A stretch of DNA of 50,690 bases, counting the filler, from Ionaspis alba (lineage: Eukaryota): NCBI GenBank assembly GCA_964255285.1. It is 2 parts of 2 records of this genome, joined end to end, with 100 filler letters (N's around TTAATTAATTAA, not from the genome) between each part and the next. Parts side by side here need not be neighbours in the genome. Positions count along the whole stretch, not along the records: positions 25,412 to 50,690 come from CAXUUL010000159.1; 1 more part is not named here. One strand, written 5' to 3'. A program made the translations under genes and the position numbers. Below, piece by piece: positions 49,345 to 50,690 of this stretch. Within the stretch, counting starts at the first letter, position 1, and the number at the start of each line of letters is the position of its first letter. Under the pieces are notes generated by a model, which searched no databases, was not told the DNA's origin, and saw nothing but the letters and a program-made list of their open reading frames with translations.

Positions 49345-49507
49345 GTGAGCAGCTATAGCCGGGTACGAGGGAGCCATTTCAGGCTCCCAGCTGCTGCGCC
49401 CCTGCACTGCCCCATAGTGCTCCCTCTTGCTCCCTCGCTGCTCCCTCTACAGCGGCTCTGCTCTCTTTCCTGATCAAAAATGGCAATCCCAAATTCGAAG
49501 TTCGGGG
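49345..49507 (-). repeat. GGGAGCA repeat family copy, inverted relative to 42556-42775, with TA-rich outer flank
   Basis: The reverse complement reads CCCCGAACTTCGAATTTGGGATTGCC..GAGGGAGCACTATGGGGCAGTGCAGGGGCGCAGCAGCTGGGAGCCTGAAATGG, closely matching 42685-42730. Confidence 0.88.
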
Positions 49508-50690
49508 TGTATATAATGTATATATATACATCAAAGATATAAGATGAGAACAGAAAATGATTGAAAACCAAAGGAAAGTTTAGGCCGTTAATGAATATCT
49601 AGCGTTGAGCCAAGCCACCTCAATCTTGAGGACCAGCTTGTTGTACACTCTGCAATACGTACGTACTTCTATACAAAACCCCCATTTATCACACGAGCCC
49701 TCTATTTGCCCAAATCAATCAATTCTACCCATCTAGTCGGTCTTCCCCTCTCCCCTCCATATTCCTACGAACAAGCCGACACCCACCCCATTCCAAACCA
49801 CGCCTACTAACCCGGCAATTCATTTCTCCAGACCTTGATGTCCGAGGAACTGGTCAAGGCCATCCAGCAGCAGCCCTTGGGCAGGCATCCTTTCCAGGCC
49901 ATTGAATCGACCAGATGCGAGCTGTACGCGATGATCCTTGTAGACCCGCCGGAAACACGTTGGAAAAAGAAAGAAAAAGAGAGAAAAAAAGCGAATCAGT
50001 CCGCTACCCGCACAACGATTCTGCATTTCCAAATGTAGCCGATCGATAGACTTGACCTTCGCGGACAGTCGGCGAAGTTGGGGAAAGCTTGGATAACGGC
50101 CATGCCTAGACGTTTTCGATGGAGTCTGTATCGGCGCTGCAAATGCACTAGCAACGTTCCGAGTCACTGTTACGGTTGGACTGGAGCGGAGGGGAAACGC
50201 CTCGGCTGATGAGGGAAAGGAGGTAGGGGATCAGGAGAGCGCGGGGGTGGAGGAGAGGGAGGTGAGGAGTTAGGTTGTGGTGACTTTGCTTTTGGCAGTT
50301 TGTCGTGGTAGCTGTTGTGGGTCGGGGGCTGTTGGTGGTGATCAGTGGATCTATAGGAGGGGGTGCGATAGTACGGAGTATTGCTTCGATGGGTTGGGGA
50401 TGATGATTATAGCGGTAGGAGTGGTACGGTGGGTGAGGAAGCGAGAGGGGGTTTGAGATGGGGATTGCGGGAGATGCGAGAGAGATGGAAAGCAGTTTTA
50501 TTAATACGTTTTCCCGTTCTGAAGAATTGTATTGGGGTACTAAAAATTAGGTAGCTCATTCGTCCGTGCCTGTGAAAGAGAAAGGCAAAATTGGTATAAA
50601 ACACCCCCCATCTCCCCCAGACCATGCTCAATCATAACATCGTGCAGTCGTCCCAGCCTCTCCCATCCCCTCACCACACCCCACATTCAC

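Noticed and set aside
36502..49507. GGGAGCA arrays as CRISPR or telomeric repeats
   Set aside because: Eukaryotic context, degenerate units without unique regular spacers, and not TTAGGG-like.
25412..50690. Starship giant transposon (NLR, HET, kinase and methyltransferase cargo-like genes)
   Set aside because: No DUF3435 tyrosine-recombinase captain or boundary repeats are visible in the window; cargo-like content alone is insufficient.
49820..50690. Short ORFs and purine/pyrimidine-skewed low-complexity sequence at the window end
   Set aside because: All frames contain stops and no recognisable domain was found.

Overview
Eukaryotic DNA from a filamentous ascomycete (Pezizomycotina, inferred from short GT-AG introns with CTAAC/CTGAC branch points). 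The window has two halves joined by an artificial N44-TTAATTAATTAA-N44 linker at 25312-25411. The left half (1-25.3 kb) is gene-dense core genome: a PHD-finger protein, aspartate kinase, Bur1/CDK9 kinase, a 59-aa complex I subunit missed by the ORF track, a CFA/CNMT-type methyltransferase, a P5B ATPase, Nap1, phosphoglycerate dehydrogenase, myosin V and a GT31 glycosyltransferase. The right half (25.4-50.7 kb) is a gapped accessory region. It holds a LaeA-like methyltransferase pseudogene, a divergent kinase, a HET-domain gene, a NACHT-ankyrin NLR, a Mutator-type MITE with a perfect 9-bp target-site duplication, a RIP-degraded piggyBac, a DUF3176 gene and a mosaic of gene fragments. Two observations stand out. 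First, a tRNA-Lys(CTT) gene is interrupted in its D-loop by a 53-nt insertion with all hallmarks of a spliceosomal intron (GTAAGA...CTAAC...TAG), in addition to a normal anticodon-loop intron. Second, a GGGAGCA-rich repeat family with a CCCCGAACTT terminus occurs as inward-facing pairs that divide 36.7-49.5 kb into cargo-carrying cassettes.
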